Of a stretch of 64,000 bases of DNA, positions 47,850 to 58,500 are shown piece after piece. The notes under the pieces were generated by a model, which worked only from the letters and a program-made list of their open reading frames with translations, did no database searches and had not been told where the DNA came from. The position numbers and the translations under genes are program-made. This DNA is from a virus. Position 1 is the stretch's first letter. Every line of letters begins with the position of its first letter. Location: the IMG/VR virus record IMGVR_UViG_3300042888_002402, one strand, 5' to 3'.

Positions 47850-49423
47850 TGGCAGGAGAAAATCTACCACGAAGTACAGGCAGAGCAAGTAATTTTAAAT
47901 TTGACCGCGGAGGCATGCCTGCTGAATTTGGGCCGTACATTGGAATGGTCAAAAATAATATCGATCCAACCCGCCAAGGAAGACTACAGGTATACATTGA
48001 GCAATTTGCCTCTGGCACGCCAGACAATCCAAATTCATGGCGAACAGTTAGTTATTGTCCACCTTTCTACGGACTAACTCCTAAGTCCGGAACCAGTGCT
48101 GGAGTTGGCGGATACACTCCTGGAAATCAACAAAGTTACGGCATGTGGTTTACACCACCGGACATTGGAGTCAGTGTATTGTGTGTGTTTGTGGAAGGAG
48201 ATCCCAGTAAAGGCTATTACATAGGTTGTATTCCAGAGCCTGGTATTAATCACATGATTCCTGCCATTGGAAGTGCACCAGCTGCACAAGCCACCACACA
48301 AAATGACACACAGGCCAGTTATTTCAATGGATCTGCTAGTTTGCCAGTTACTGAAATAAATGCTGACAACACTGCCATTGGTGATAGTCCACAATTTTGG
48401 AAACAAAATAAACCTGTGCACAGTTATGTGGCTGCCACCCTGTTTCAACAAGGACTGATCAATGATCCTGTGCGTGGGCCTATTGCATCAAGTAGTCAAC
48501 GAGAAAGCCCTAGCAACTGTTACGGCATTTCAACTCCGGGCCGTGCAATTTATCAAGGCGGAATAGATGACGCTGATGCTGGAGACACAGCTGCACAATT
48601 GACACCGCAAGATGTTAATGTGATTGGTCGACGTGGAGGTCACACTTTTGTAATGGACGATGGCGATGTAAACGGCAGCAATAATCTTGTACGGATTCGC
48701 ACTGCCAAAGGTCATCAGATCACCATGAGTGATGATGGCAATGCTTTTTATATCTGTCATGCCAATGGTCAGACCTGGGTCGAACTTGGTCAAGAAGGCA
48801 CACTAGATGTATTTTCAACCAACAGTATAAACTTACGTACACAAGGTACATTGAATTTTCATGCAGATCAAGACATAAACATGTACGCTGGCGGAATTGT
48901 AAATATCAAAAGCAAAGGTTCAACTGCTATTCAAAGCGATGGCAATATGAATTTTGCCAACAAAGGTAGTATCACCATGTATGCCACAAAAAGTATGGGA
49001 ATTAAAGCAGGAACCAGTTTGGCTATTAGCAGTAATTTAGGCAGTTGGAGTGCAGGAGCAACATTGAGTTTGTCAGGCGGACTCATATTCTTGAATGGTG
49101 GCCCTACACTGCCTGTCAGTGCGCCCACTGGTATAACAAACTACATACAACCAGATGTGAAATTTAACGCCTCCTCGGGCTGGACCGTGGACCCGGCAGG
49201 TCTAACCAGTGCAGTGACCAGAGCACCCACGCATGAACCTTGGCCTTACCACAATCAAGGAGTGCAAGCCAGCGTAAATTTAGGAACTGCACAACCAACT
49301 TCTCCTCCTGGTGCTCCTACCATGCCGGCTGATATCAGTATAACTGCCACTGACACTGTGACATCAGTGGCCACTGATGCCATTGATCAGTTTAATACAG
49401 ATTCTGGGACAAACTTTCCATAA
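47849..49423 (+). CDS. gp5: Baseplate central spike (gp5-like; OB fold plus beta-helix, no lysozyme)
   Basis: DPTRQGRLQVYI, SYGMWFTPPD, GHTFVMDDG, RIRTAKGHQI and PTHEPW motifs. Confidence 0.88.
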   Translation: MAGENLPRSTGRASNFKFDRGGMPAEFGPYIGMVKNNIDPTRQGRLQVYIEQFASGTPDNPNSWRTVSYCPPFYGLTPKSGTSAGVGGYTPGNQQSYGMWFTPPDIGVSVLCVFVEGDPSKGYYIGCIPEPGINHMIPAIGSAPAAQATTQNDTQASYFNGSASLPVTEINADNTAIGDSPQFWKQNKPVHSYVAATLFQQGLINDPVRGPIASSSQRESPSNCYGISTPGRAIYQGGIDDADAGDTAAQLTPQDVNVIGRRGGHTFVMDDGDVNGSNNLVRIRTAKGHQITMSDDGNAFYICHANGQTWVELGQEGTLDVFSTNSINLRTQGTLNFHADQDINMYAGGIVNIKSKGSTAIQSDGNMNFANKGSITMYATKSMGIKAGTSLAISSNLGSWSAGATLSLSGGLIFLNGGPTLPVSAPTGITNYIQPDVKFNASSGWTVDPAGLTSAVTRAPTHEPWPYHNQGVQASVNLGTAQPTSPPGAPTMPADISITATDTVTSVATDAIDQFNTDSGTNFP

Positions 49424-51651
49424 TGTCTATATTTAAATACACACTGGCTTCGGGAGATAACTTTACTCTTAGAGCTCCTGCAGGAACCACTCAGGGGCAA
49501 GCCGACTCGGTATTTTATTCGCAAGTGGCAGCAGGTAGTCTAGTAGGATATGCGCCAGGGCAAACTCTTACCAGTGCGTTTGCACAATCAACAAAATTTC
49601 AACTAAGTCGTTTAGATCGCGGCAGTGCCGGAGTAGATGATATTGCAGTGTTGTCAGTGATATCTGGGCTTCCGGTAATTTCTGCAACATTGCCATCATC
49701 AATTAACACTGCGTTATCAAACCCTGTAAACGCTGGAAATGTCATAGGCATTGTGTCAGACAGCACTGGATACAACAATGGCAGCAATCTCAATGCTCCT
49801 GCTATTGGACCACTGAGTTCTGCTCAGGTGCAAGCGGTACAGGCACAGATTATAAATTTTGTTAACCAACCTGCAAACACAATAACAGTACCAGGTGCTG
49901 GTGCCAGTGGTGCCGGCGTTGGCCAATACGGATTTACTGCGCAACAACTGGAACAGTCCGGCTATCTTAAGCCTGGTATCAGTGAATTTATAACTAATGG
50001 TAACGAAAGCATAACCGGTCCAACTGACTTTCCTATAAACACGTTGGTTCATTATGATGTGACAGGTGTACCAAACACTACTTTTAGTTGGCAATCCATT
50101 GGGAGTTCAAATCCCAATGGATTCACTCAAGGAGGGCCGTTTACTTTCGACGGCAATGGCACTATTCTACCTATTTTCACCCAACATGGTATACCAGGCA
50201 CTTATCAATACTATGGATTTTTTAGCACAGGACATACTTTTACTTGGACAATGTATGTTCCGTTTGTTGGTAAAATTGGCCCAAATTACACAAAAAGAAC
50301 TGCAGGAAATTTTGTACAAGTGTTGGATGCTCCTGGAGTATGGACTGGCAAAGATGGCATCAACTCATTAAATAACTTGTTGGCAAGTCCATTGGTACAA
50401 AATATTGCTCAAACCACACTGATGCAAAATGCCTACAGCGGGTTAACAGCAACAGGAGTGATACAACCACCAGTGACGCAACCTTCAATCAGCCAAGGAC
50501 AAATATATACACAAACTGGTTTACAACAAGTATCAGCAGTGAGTTTAGCAATTAATTCTGCACTAGCTGTTCCTGGAGTGGTGCAATCTTCTTTGTCAAA
50601 CTTTCCAATAGTTGCACTGACATCTGCCGCAGTTGCAGTGACTGACACATTGGCCAGCGGCGCCATTGACAATCTAAACACTGGCGCTTATTCCATAGTG
50701 TCAGATAATACTAGTCGAGTCAATAGTATAGTCACCGGCACCACGGCGGCATTGGTATCCACTGCTAGTAAATTTGGTACTTTAGCAGTGAATAATTATA
50801 TCACTCAAACTTTAGGCAGCAACCCAGCATCAAGACTAGCACGAACTTATGTAAACAACGCTATAAATCAAGCTACAAATAGTGTAATAAGAGGAGTTTC
50901 TTCCACAGTAACAGGATTAATAAACGGCACTACCAGTATCAATCAAATTGCCACATTGGCAAAATCATCTGATTTTGCCAGTACACTGGCTGATCCCAGC
51001 ACTGTGTTGTCTTCAAGCAACACTGGCGAAATAATAGAGTCGGGCATTAACAATGTAACAAGCTTTGTTAACAGTGCTGGAACTAACATTAATAATGCAG
51101 TTGACAGGATAACCGCTGGAAATTTCAATTATTCAGGGCTGGCACAAGTTGGCATAGGATTAGCTGCAAACAGATTAGGAATAAGCCAATCTACTGTTAA
51201 TGCTGTACAGACTGGATTACAGGTGGCCAGGGCACTGTCCACTGGTGGCCTAAGTGCTCTTGCAAATCCTGGTGTGATACGCAGTATCACTGGATTGCTT
51301 GGAGGAAGTAGTTTACTGAGCAGTAGTTCCTTGAGCGCATTGAGAACAGTGGCCAGAATACCGGGACTAGGAGTAATCATGGGCGGCCTCCTGGGCGGTG
51401 GTGGCTTGGCCGGACAAACTAGACAAGCAGCAGGATTTAGCAATACTGTCAATCGTGCCATAGTAGATGTGGCGGTTTCAAAAATCTTAGGCAGTAATAA
51501 AATTCCTGCGCCAGTCTATGGATACCCATCTCGTCGAGCATTGGCGCCAGCAACAAATATATTGCAAGCTCAGAATGTATTGGCTAAATCTAATTTGCCA
51601 ACTCAAGCAGTTTTAGGTGGACAATCTATTGATATATCTGGACCAAATTGA
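49423..51651 (+). CDS. Baseplate-associated virion protein (possible lysozyme-like domain, hydrophobic C-terminus)
   Basis: GVGQYGFTAQQLEQSGYLKPG..VWTGKDGI motif. Lies between gp5 and gp25. Confidence 0.5.
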   Translation: MSIFKYTLASGDNFTLRAPAGTTQGQADSVFYSQVAAGSLVGYAPGQTLTSAFAQSTKFQLSRLDRGSAGVDDIAVLSVISGLPVISATLPSSINTALSNPVNAGNVIGIVSDSTGYNNGSNLNAPAIGPLSSAQVQAVQAQIINFVNQPANTITVPGAGASGAGVGQYGFTAQQLEQSGYLKPGISEFITNGNESITGPTDFPINTLVHYDVTGVPNTTFSWQSIGSSNPNGFTQGGPFTFDGNGTILPIFTQHGIPGTYQYYGFFSTGHTFTWTMYVPFVGKIGPNYTKRTAGNFVQVLDAPGVWTGKDGINSLNNLLASPLVQNIAQTTLMQNAYSGLTATGVIQPPVTQPSISQGQIYTQTGLQQVSAVSLAINSALAVPGVVQSSLSNFPIVALTSAAVAVTDTLASGAIDNLNTGAYSIVSDNTSRVNSIVTGTTAALVSTASKFGTLAVNNYITQTLGSNPASRLARTYVNNAINQATNSVIRGVSSTVTGLINGTTSINQIATLAKSSDFASTLADPSTVLSSSNTGEIIESGINNVTSFVNSAGTNINNAVDRITAGNFNYSGLAQVGIGLAANRLGISQSTVNAVQTGLQVARALSTGGLSALANPGVIRSITGLLGGSSLLSSSSLSALRTVARIPGLGVIMGGLLGGGGLAGQTRQAAGFSNTVNRAIVDVAVSKILGSNKIPAPVYGYPSRRALAPATNILQAQNVLAKSNLPTQAVLGGQSIDISGPN

Positions 51652-51703
51652 TGCATACAGCACTGCCGCATGACAACCTCTAATTTGCCACGGTAAATAC
51701 AAC

Positions 51704-52078
51704 ATGGCCACATTCATTGGATTTAACACTATCAATCAGTATAAAAAATTTACTGTGGTTGATTTTGACTTGATCAAAATTGATCTTTTAAATGCGTTTA
51801 ACATACGTCAAGGACAACTAGTGGGACGTCCAGGATACGGCACTACACTTTGGAACAACTTGTTTGAAAATCAAACACAAGAAACTCTGGCCAGTGTATA
51901 CAACGAGATCCAAAGAGTTGTGTCAGGTGATCCCAGAGTGTATGTGAGCTCTCTACAAGTGTTTCCGCAACAAAACGGTTTATTAATACAACTTGCACTG
52001 GCAACAGTTGCTGGACAAGATGCCAAACTACTGAGTATATTCTTTGACCAGGGTGTCGGGGTTGCTACCTACGTTTAA
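51704..52078 (+). CDS. gp25: Baseplate wedge subunit / sheath initiator
   Basis: LIKIDLLNAFNIRQG..PGYGTTLW..LFE..DPRV motif. Confidence 0.9.
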   Translation: MATFIGFNTINQYKKFTVVDFDLIKIDLLNAFNIRQGQLVGRPGYGTTLWNNLFENQTQETLASVYNEIQRVVSGDPRVYVSSLQVFPQQNGLLIQLALATVAGQDAKLLSIFFDQGVGVATYV

Positions 52079-52123
52079 CTACGCAGTTTATTTTTTCCAT
52101 AAATAATAAGAATAGGAAGAGAC

Positions 52124-55100
52124 ATGGCAACAACCACAAGACAGACAGTAATTTTTGGTGTTGAAGATTGGAAACGAATCTATCAAACTTACCGAGAAGC
52201 TGACTTTCAAAGTTACGATTTTGAAACACTACGCAAAAGTTTTGTAGATTATCTGCGATTATACTATCCAGAAACATTCAATGACTACATTGAATCATCA
52301 GAATTCATTGCCTTGTTGGATGTCATGGCCTTTATGGGGCAAAGTCTTGCATTCAGGTCTGATCTAAACACACGTGAAAACTATTTAGACACTGCTGAAA
52401 GACGAGACAGCGTGGTTAAATTGGCCAACTTGGTCAGTTATACTCCTTTGCGCAACACTGAATCATCTGGCTACCTCAAAGTCTTCAGCGTAAAAACAAC
52501 AGAAAATGTCACTGATTATAACGGAGTCAATCTTGCCAACATCACAGTTAACTGGGCTGATCCTAGCAATCTCAACTGGCAAGAACAATTCACCAGTATT
52601 ATCAATTCTGCGTTAGTAAACACACAACGCTTTGGCAAACCAGGGAACGACCAAGTTATTCTTGGAGTGGATACTCAAGAGTACACTGTAAATCTAGTGC
52701 CAGGTTTTCTTCCTGTGATTCCATACACTGCAACCATCGACGGAATCAACATGCCATTCGAGGCAGTGAGCGCAACCAGCTCAGGTCAAACATATATCTA
52801 CGAGCCACCACCGCTGCCTAACGGACAATTTAATATGTTGTTTAGAAATGATCAACTGGGATTTAGCAGTGCCAACACAGGATTTTTCTTTTATTTCAAA
52901 CAAGGCGTGTTGCAAAATCAAGATTTTAACTTGCCAGAACGCATCAGCAATCGCCAAGTCAATATCAATATTGAAGGCATTAATAACACTGACGTTTGGT
53001 TGTATCAATTGGATAACGTTGGCAATATAACCAGTTACTGGCAGTTTGTACAGAGTGTATACGCGGCAGCAGTTGAACAACTGACGCCGGGCACAAGAGA
53101 CATCTATAGTATAACCAGTGCCACCAACGATCAAATTATATTAAACTTTGGCGATGGAGTTTTTAGCACTATACCAGTGGGAGCATTTCGCACGTATGTA
53201 CGGTCGAGCAATGGATTAACTTACATTATCAATCCAGAAGAAATGCAAAGTGTTAGCATACCAATTAGTTACGTTAGTCGCACAAATCAAATTGAAACTA
53301 TAACTTTTACTTGTGGAATTACCAGCCCAGTGACCAACGCTCAGGCTCGAGAAACTCTGGAGCAAATTAAACAACGAGCTCCTGCACAGTATTACACACA
53401 AAATCGTATGGTCAATGGAGAAGATTACAACAATTTTCCATTTACTCAATACAATAGTATTTTAAAAAGTAAAGCATTGAATCGTGCATCCATTGGCACC
53501 AGTCGATATCTTGATCTTGTGGATGGTACAGGAAAATATTCTAGCACTAATATTTTTGCCGCTGATGGTGCTTTGTACGAAGCCAACACTTTGCCGGCAT
53601 TCCAATTTTCCTGGCTAACCATTCCGGACATTTCGGACGTGCTCTACAATCAAATTAATCCTTTGTTGATCAAAGCTGGTCTACAACAATTTTATTACGC
53701 TAATTTTACAAGACCAGATTTGTCCGTGCTAAATTATACATGGCGTCAAAGCACAGTAATTACAAACGAAACCACTGGATATTTTCAAAATGCTGCAGGC
53801 ACTCCGGTGCCCATTGGCACCTATGCCAGCAACAATGCCAAGTACATAACCGAAGGCAGTCTTGTTAAATTTGTTCCTCCCACTGGATATTATTTTAATT
53901 CAGACAATCAATTGGTAGCTGGCATCCCTGGGCTGGCCGGCGATAAGTTAGTAATATGGGCAAGCCCTACCGCAGTTTATCTAAGTGGAACTGCCAGTGG
54001 ATTTGGCAATTTGCCGTCGGGTGTGGGCCCTGTTGTGTTGAATAATTTTGTACCCACTGGTGCAATACCCACACAAGTTATTCCAGTGTTTGTAACTGAT
54101 ATTCCTGTGAGTGTTCAACAAAATATTGTAAATCAAATTTATTTGAATCAAAATTTTGGCATTGGTTACAATAATATAACTGCCACTTGGTATGTTATAA
54201 CTGCTAACAATCTTGCAACAAATGCTGCATTTAGTTTGACCAATCAACAAAGCACTGCTGGTACAAATAGCGACGCTTCGTGGTTGATACAAGTTACCAC
54301 TACTGCGTCGGGCTTGGCCAATTACACAGTGGTGTCAAGAAGTTTAGATTATTATTTTGGCAGTGTTATAGACACAAGATTTTTCTTCTATACCAATCAA
54401 CCAATTTATGACTCGCGCACCGGAACTGTGATCAGAGATTTTGTCAATGTATTAAAAGTTAACAGTCAACCTGACAGCAATTTCCCATTGGCAGGTGATA
54501 ATGTGTTGACCATTATAGATCAACCTGTGCTCAGCGATGGATTGGTTGACGACTTTCAGGTGTTGGTTAGTTTTGCTACAACACCGGGTGATTTGATACC
54601 CATAAACCCTGACTTTTTCAATGATATCGTGGCCCCTAATGTTAACGCAAATCACAAATTAGTTTTTTTGCAACAAACAGTGGACTTTGATAATCTTCAA
54701 CGATACTTGTTGGTTGCATCAGGAACAGTTAACAGTGACTATGCTACGTTGGGAGCAATTGAATTGGCCATAGCACAGTACAATCTTGGTCAAGTGTTTT
54801 ATGCCTATCAAGATCAGGTGTTCTATACCCTTGCAGTAAACTCTGCAGGCGACACCATACTAACTGTCAATTCAACTTATATTGCGTATACTGGTAGACA
54901 AAGTTTGTACTTTCAATATAGACACAACAGTCCATTGACCAATAGAATAGATCCTGGATCAACAAATATCATTGATATCTATATTGTAACCAATTCTTAT
55001 TACACTGCTTATACAAATTGGTTACGCGATTCCACAGGAACAGTGCCGTTACCATTGGCACCCACCATTGATGATCTCACAACTGCATACGTTGGACTAC

Positions 55101-55537
55101 AAGATTACAAAATGATATCAGATAATATGATATTAAATTCTGTGCAGTTTCAGCCATTGTTTGGCAGCAAGGCCGCACCAGCTTTGCGAGCCACAATAAA
55201 AGTCATACAATCTACACAAAGCACTGCCAGCACCAGTGAAATAAAAAATCTTGTTGTGGCCAATATGAACGCATATTTTGACATAGCAGTTTGGGATTTT
55301 GGACAAACATTTTATTTTTCAGAACTGGCTGCATACATACATCAACAGATAGGCGACATAGTTAGTTCTGTTGTGCTGGTTCCTTTAAATCCACAAAAGA
55401 GTTTTGGCGATTTATACGAAATCAGATGTGCACCTAATCAAATTTTTGTGAATGGTGCCACTGTTAACGACATACAGGTCATAACTGCATTGACCAGTAC
55501 AAACTTACAAACTGCTCCTGGCAGCGGAGTAATTTAA
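52124..55537 (+). CDS. gp6: Baseplate wedge subunit
   Basis: DFETLRKS, FNDYIESSE, ENYLDTAERRDSV, FGDG and QNRMVNGEDY motifs. CATAAATA at 52098-52105. Confidence 0.92.
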   Translation: MATTTRQTVIFGVEDWKRIYQTYREADFQSYDFETLRKSFVDYLRLYYPETFNDYIESSEFIALLDVMAFMGQSLAFRSDLNTRENYLDTAERRDSVVKLANLVSYTPLRNTESSGYLKVFSVKTTENVTDYNGVNLANITVNWADPSNLNWQEQFTSIINSALVNTQRFGKPGNDQVILGVDTQEYTVNLVPGFLPVIPYTATIDGINMPFEAVSATSSGQTYIYEPPPLPNGQFNMLFRNDQLGFSSANTGFFFYFKQGVLQNQDFNLPERISNRQVNINIEGINNTDVWLYQLDNVGNITSYWQFVQSVYAAAVEQLTPGTRDIYSITSATNDQIILNFGDGVFSTIPVGAFRTYVRSSNGLTYIINPEEMQSVSIPISYVSRTNQIETITFTCGITSPVTNAQARETLEQIKQRAPAQYYTQNRMVNGEDYNNFPFTQYNSILKSKALNRASIGTSRYLDLVDGTGKYSSTNIFAADGALYEANTLPAFQFSWLTIPDISDVLYNQINPLLIKAGLQQFYYANFTRPDLSVLNYTWRQSTVITNETTGYFQNAAGTPVPIGTYASNNAKYITEGSLVKFVPPTGYYFNSDNQLVAGIPGLAGDKLVIWASPTAVYLSGTASGFGNLPSGVGPVVLNNFVPTGAIPTQVIPVFVTDIPVSVQQNIVNQIYLNQNFGIGYNNITATWYVITANNLATNAAFSLTNQQSTAGTNSDASWLIQVTTTASGLANYTVVSRSLDYYFGSVIDTRFFFYTNQPIYDSRTGTVIRDFVNVLKVNSQPDSNFPLAGDNVLTIIDQPVLSDGLVDDFQVLVSFATTPGDLIPINPDFFNDIVAPNVNANHKLVFLQQTVDFDNLQRYLLVASGTVNSDYATLGAIELAIAQYNLGQVFYAYQDQVFYTLAVNSAGDTILTVNSTYIAYTGRQSLYFQYRHNSPLTNRIDPGSTNIIDIYIVTNSYYTAYTNWLRDSTGTVPLPLAPTIDDLTTAYVGLQDYKMISDNMILNSVQFQPLFGSKAAPALRATIKVIQSTQSTASTSEIKNLVVANMNAYFDIAVWDFGQTFYFSELAAYIHQQIGDIVSSVVLVPLNPQKSFGDLYEIRCAPNQIFVNGATVNDIQVITALTSTNLQTAPGSGVI

Positions 55538-58500
55538 TGGCCACAGTTCGCACAGTTGATTTTTTACCAGAAATATTTCAAACACCGGTTAACAAGCAAT
55601 TTTTAGCAGCCACTCTTGACCAACTGGTTCAAGAACCTAAATTTAAAAAATCACAAGGGTTTATAGGACAACGAGTTGGACCCGGGGTCAATGCCAATGA
55701 CCAGTATGTGATTGAACCTACAAAAAGTCGCAATGATTATCAGTTAGAACCTGGCGTGGTTCAAATTGATCCAGTTGATGCTAAAAAAATTGTTGATGTC
55801 ATAACTTATCCAGGCATAACTGATGCATTGACTCTGCAAGGTGGAATCACCAACAATGCAGATTATCTTTATACCAGTGATTACTACACCTGGGATCCTT
55901 TTGTTGATTTTGATAAATTTGTAAACTACGCACAATATTTTTGGTTGCCCAATGGACCAATGGCAGTTGATGTGAGTGCCACTGGAGTACCTGTTACCGA
56001 CAGTTTCACTGTGACTCGTGCAAATGGAGTCTATACTTTTAGTGGGTATGCAGGCAACAATCCAGTACTAACTTTGGTCAAGGGCGGCAACTATACATTT
56101 AATGTGGCACAAAATACCACTGAAACAATCACATATCGTGTGACCAATAGTGGCACAAGTGCATATGTGATCAATCAAGAATCAAATCCCAGTCTGACTT
56201 TGGTTCGAGGAAATACATACTATTTTAATCTGTCATTGACTGGCGCTTTTCCTTTTTTTATTAAAACTATTGCCAGCCTGGGCCCGGTCAATGTCTATTC
56301 CAATGGAGTCATAAACAACGGAGCCAGTGACGGACAAATTATATTCACAGTGCCCCAAGATGCTCCAGATGTATTATTTTATTGCAATCCAGTGGAGTTT
56401 AATCTACGTGGGCAATTTAACATAATTGACGCAACTGCAGGAACTGGCAATGATTTCTGGATTCAAACTGATCCTGGAATCAATGGACGTATCCCTGCAA
56501 CTCCTAACATCAGTAGTAGAACTATACTTGGAGTAACCAATAATGGTATTGATCTCGGAACTATTACATTTGATGTACCCCTCAGTGACGCACAAAGTTT
56601 TTATTATAATTTACCTGCTATCCCACTCAACAACGGCACAGTTGATCTTATAACAACAACCTTACAATTCAATCAAGTCAATAATCAATTTCTTGATGCA
56701 TTTTACACAGCCAATCCCAATGGGATAGATGGCATAACAAATTTAAATGGTCGCACCATTGTTTTTACTGCAACTCAAGGTTGGGAAATAACAAGTTTTT
56801 TTGATCCGTTGGTCACTGGTCAAAACGGACAACCAGGCAGCTTTGATAGTTTGCCGTTTGATAACACTACTTTTATTACCAATCCAGAAGAACAATACAG
56901 TGTCTGGAGAATTCAGTATCAAACTGATTCGGGTGGCCAGGTCTATCTGTCATTGACCAGTGTTGCAACTGTGCCAGAATTAGATAAATTTACTATTTTG
57001 TTTGGCAACCAATGGGCCAGCACACAGTGGTATAAAGATGTCGATGGGTATTTTGAACAAATTCCATTGTTGACTGCAGCACGTAGTGTACTATGGTATC
57101 AAGATGGCACGGATCCTAATATTTTTGGTCAAATTCGATTAATTGATCAAACGGGTGTTTCTACATTGGATATTGATACTATCATTGGACAAAAAACCTA
57201 TACAAGTCCCAATGGAGTAACATTCACCAATGGTATGAAAGTAATATTCCGTGGTACTACGGCTCCGGCCAGTTATTCAAATAATGAATATTATATAGAA
57301 GGAGTTGGGACTGCAATTCAATTGTTGCCAGTAACCAATTTTGTAACACCGGAACCATATGTTGAAGCACAATATGCATTGATCAACAGTGACTCTGCAT
57401 TGAACGGCCCGTTGACTCCGGACTATTTGACAATAAATCGAGCCAGTGGAGATTTAAACCCATGGTCTCGTAGCAATCGTTGGGTTCAAATTGATGTTAT
57501 CAATGCGTCGGCTGCTTACAACAATACTGTTCCTGTGTTAGATAACAATTTTCGTGCTCGCCGACCTATATTAGAATTCCGTGCTGGAACTCGATTGTTT
57601 AATTTTGGAACACAAGGCAAACCACCGGTTAACATTATTGATTTCACACAAACAGATGCACTAAGAACAGTCAACGGCAGCATTGGTTTTGGCACTGATG
57701 GTTATGAGTTAGTCAGCGGTGACAGAGTTGTTTTTGCTGCTGATATAGATCCTGTTGTTCGGCGAACAATATATCAGGTTAGTTTTATTATTCCTGATAC
57801 CGTGCCACCATTGATTTCACAGCCATTGATTAGTTTAATTCCTGCTGCTGATAGTCCAGCATTGCTTGATCAAAGTGTGTTGTGTTTAAATGGTAACACG
57901 TTACAGGGTCAAAGTTTCAGATATGACGGTGTTAATTGGGCGGAAGAACAACAAAAACTCAATGTCAATCAACCTCCTCAATTTGACATTTATGATGCTG
58001 ATGGAATAAGTTTTGGTGACAGAGTCAAATACTCCAGTTCAAACTTTCTAGGCAGTTCATTGTTCAGTTATGCAGTGGGATCTGGTCCGTTAGATTTATA
58101 TTTAGGATTTCCGTTAACCTATCTGAGTTTGACCAACATTGGTGATATTGTTTTTGATAACAATTTCTATGCTGATTCATTCACCTACACATTGAATACT
58201 GTTGGGCAGACTGTGCCATTAAGTTCCGGATTTGTAAGGCAGTACAGTACCCGATTGCTGTACGACCGAGAAATTGGATGGCAAAATGGAATAACCCAAA
58301 GTCAAATTAGACAACAATTTCAATTTGTCTATGATGGATCGCCTTCACTACTGGATATTGCAGTCAGTACTGGCACAGTGGTTCCTGCAGTACAAGTTTT
58401 TATCAATGCTACTTTTCAAGAATCTTACAACTATAGAGTCTCTATAGGAACCAACACAACCACAATCACATGGTTGACCGAGTATGCACCTGGAGACTTG

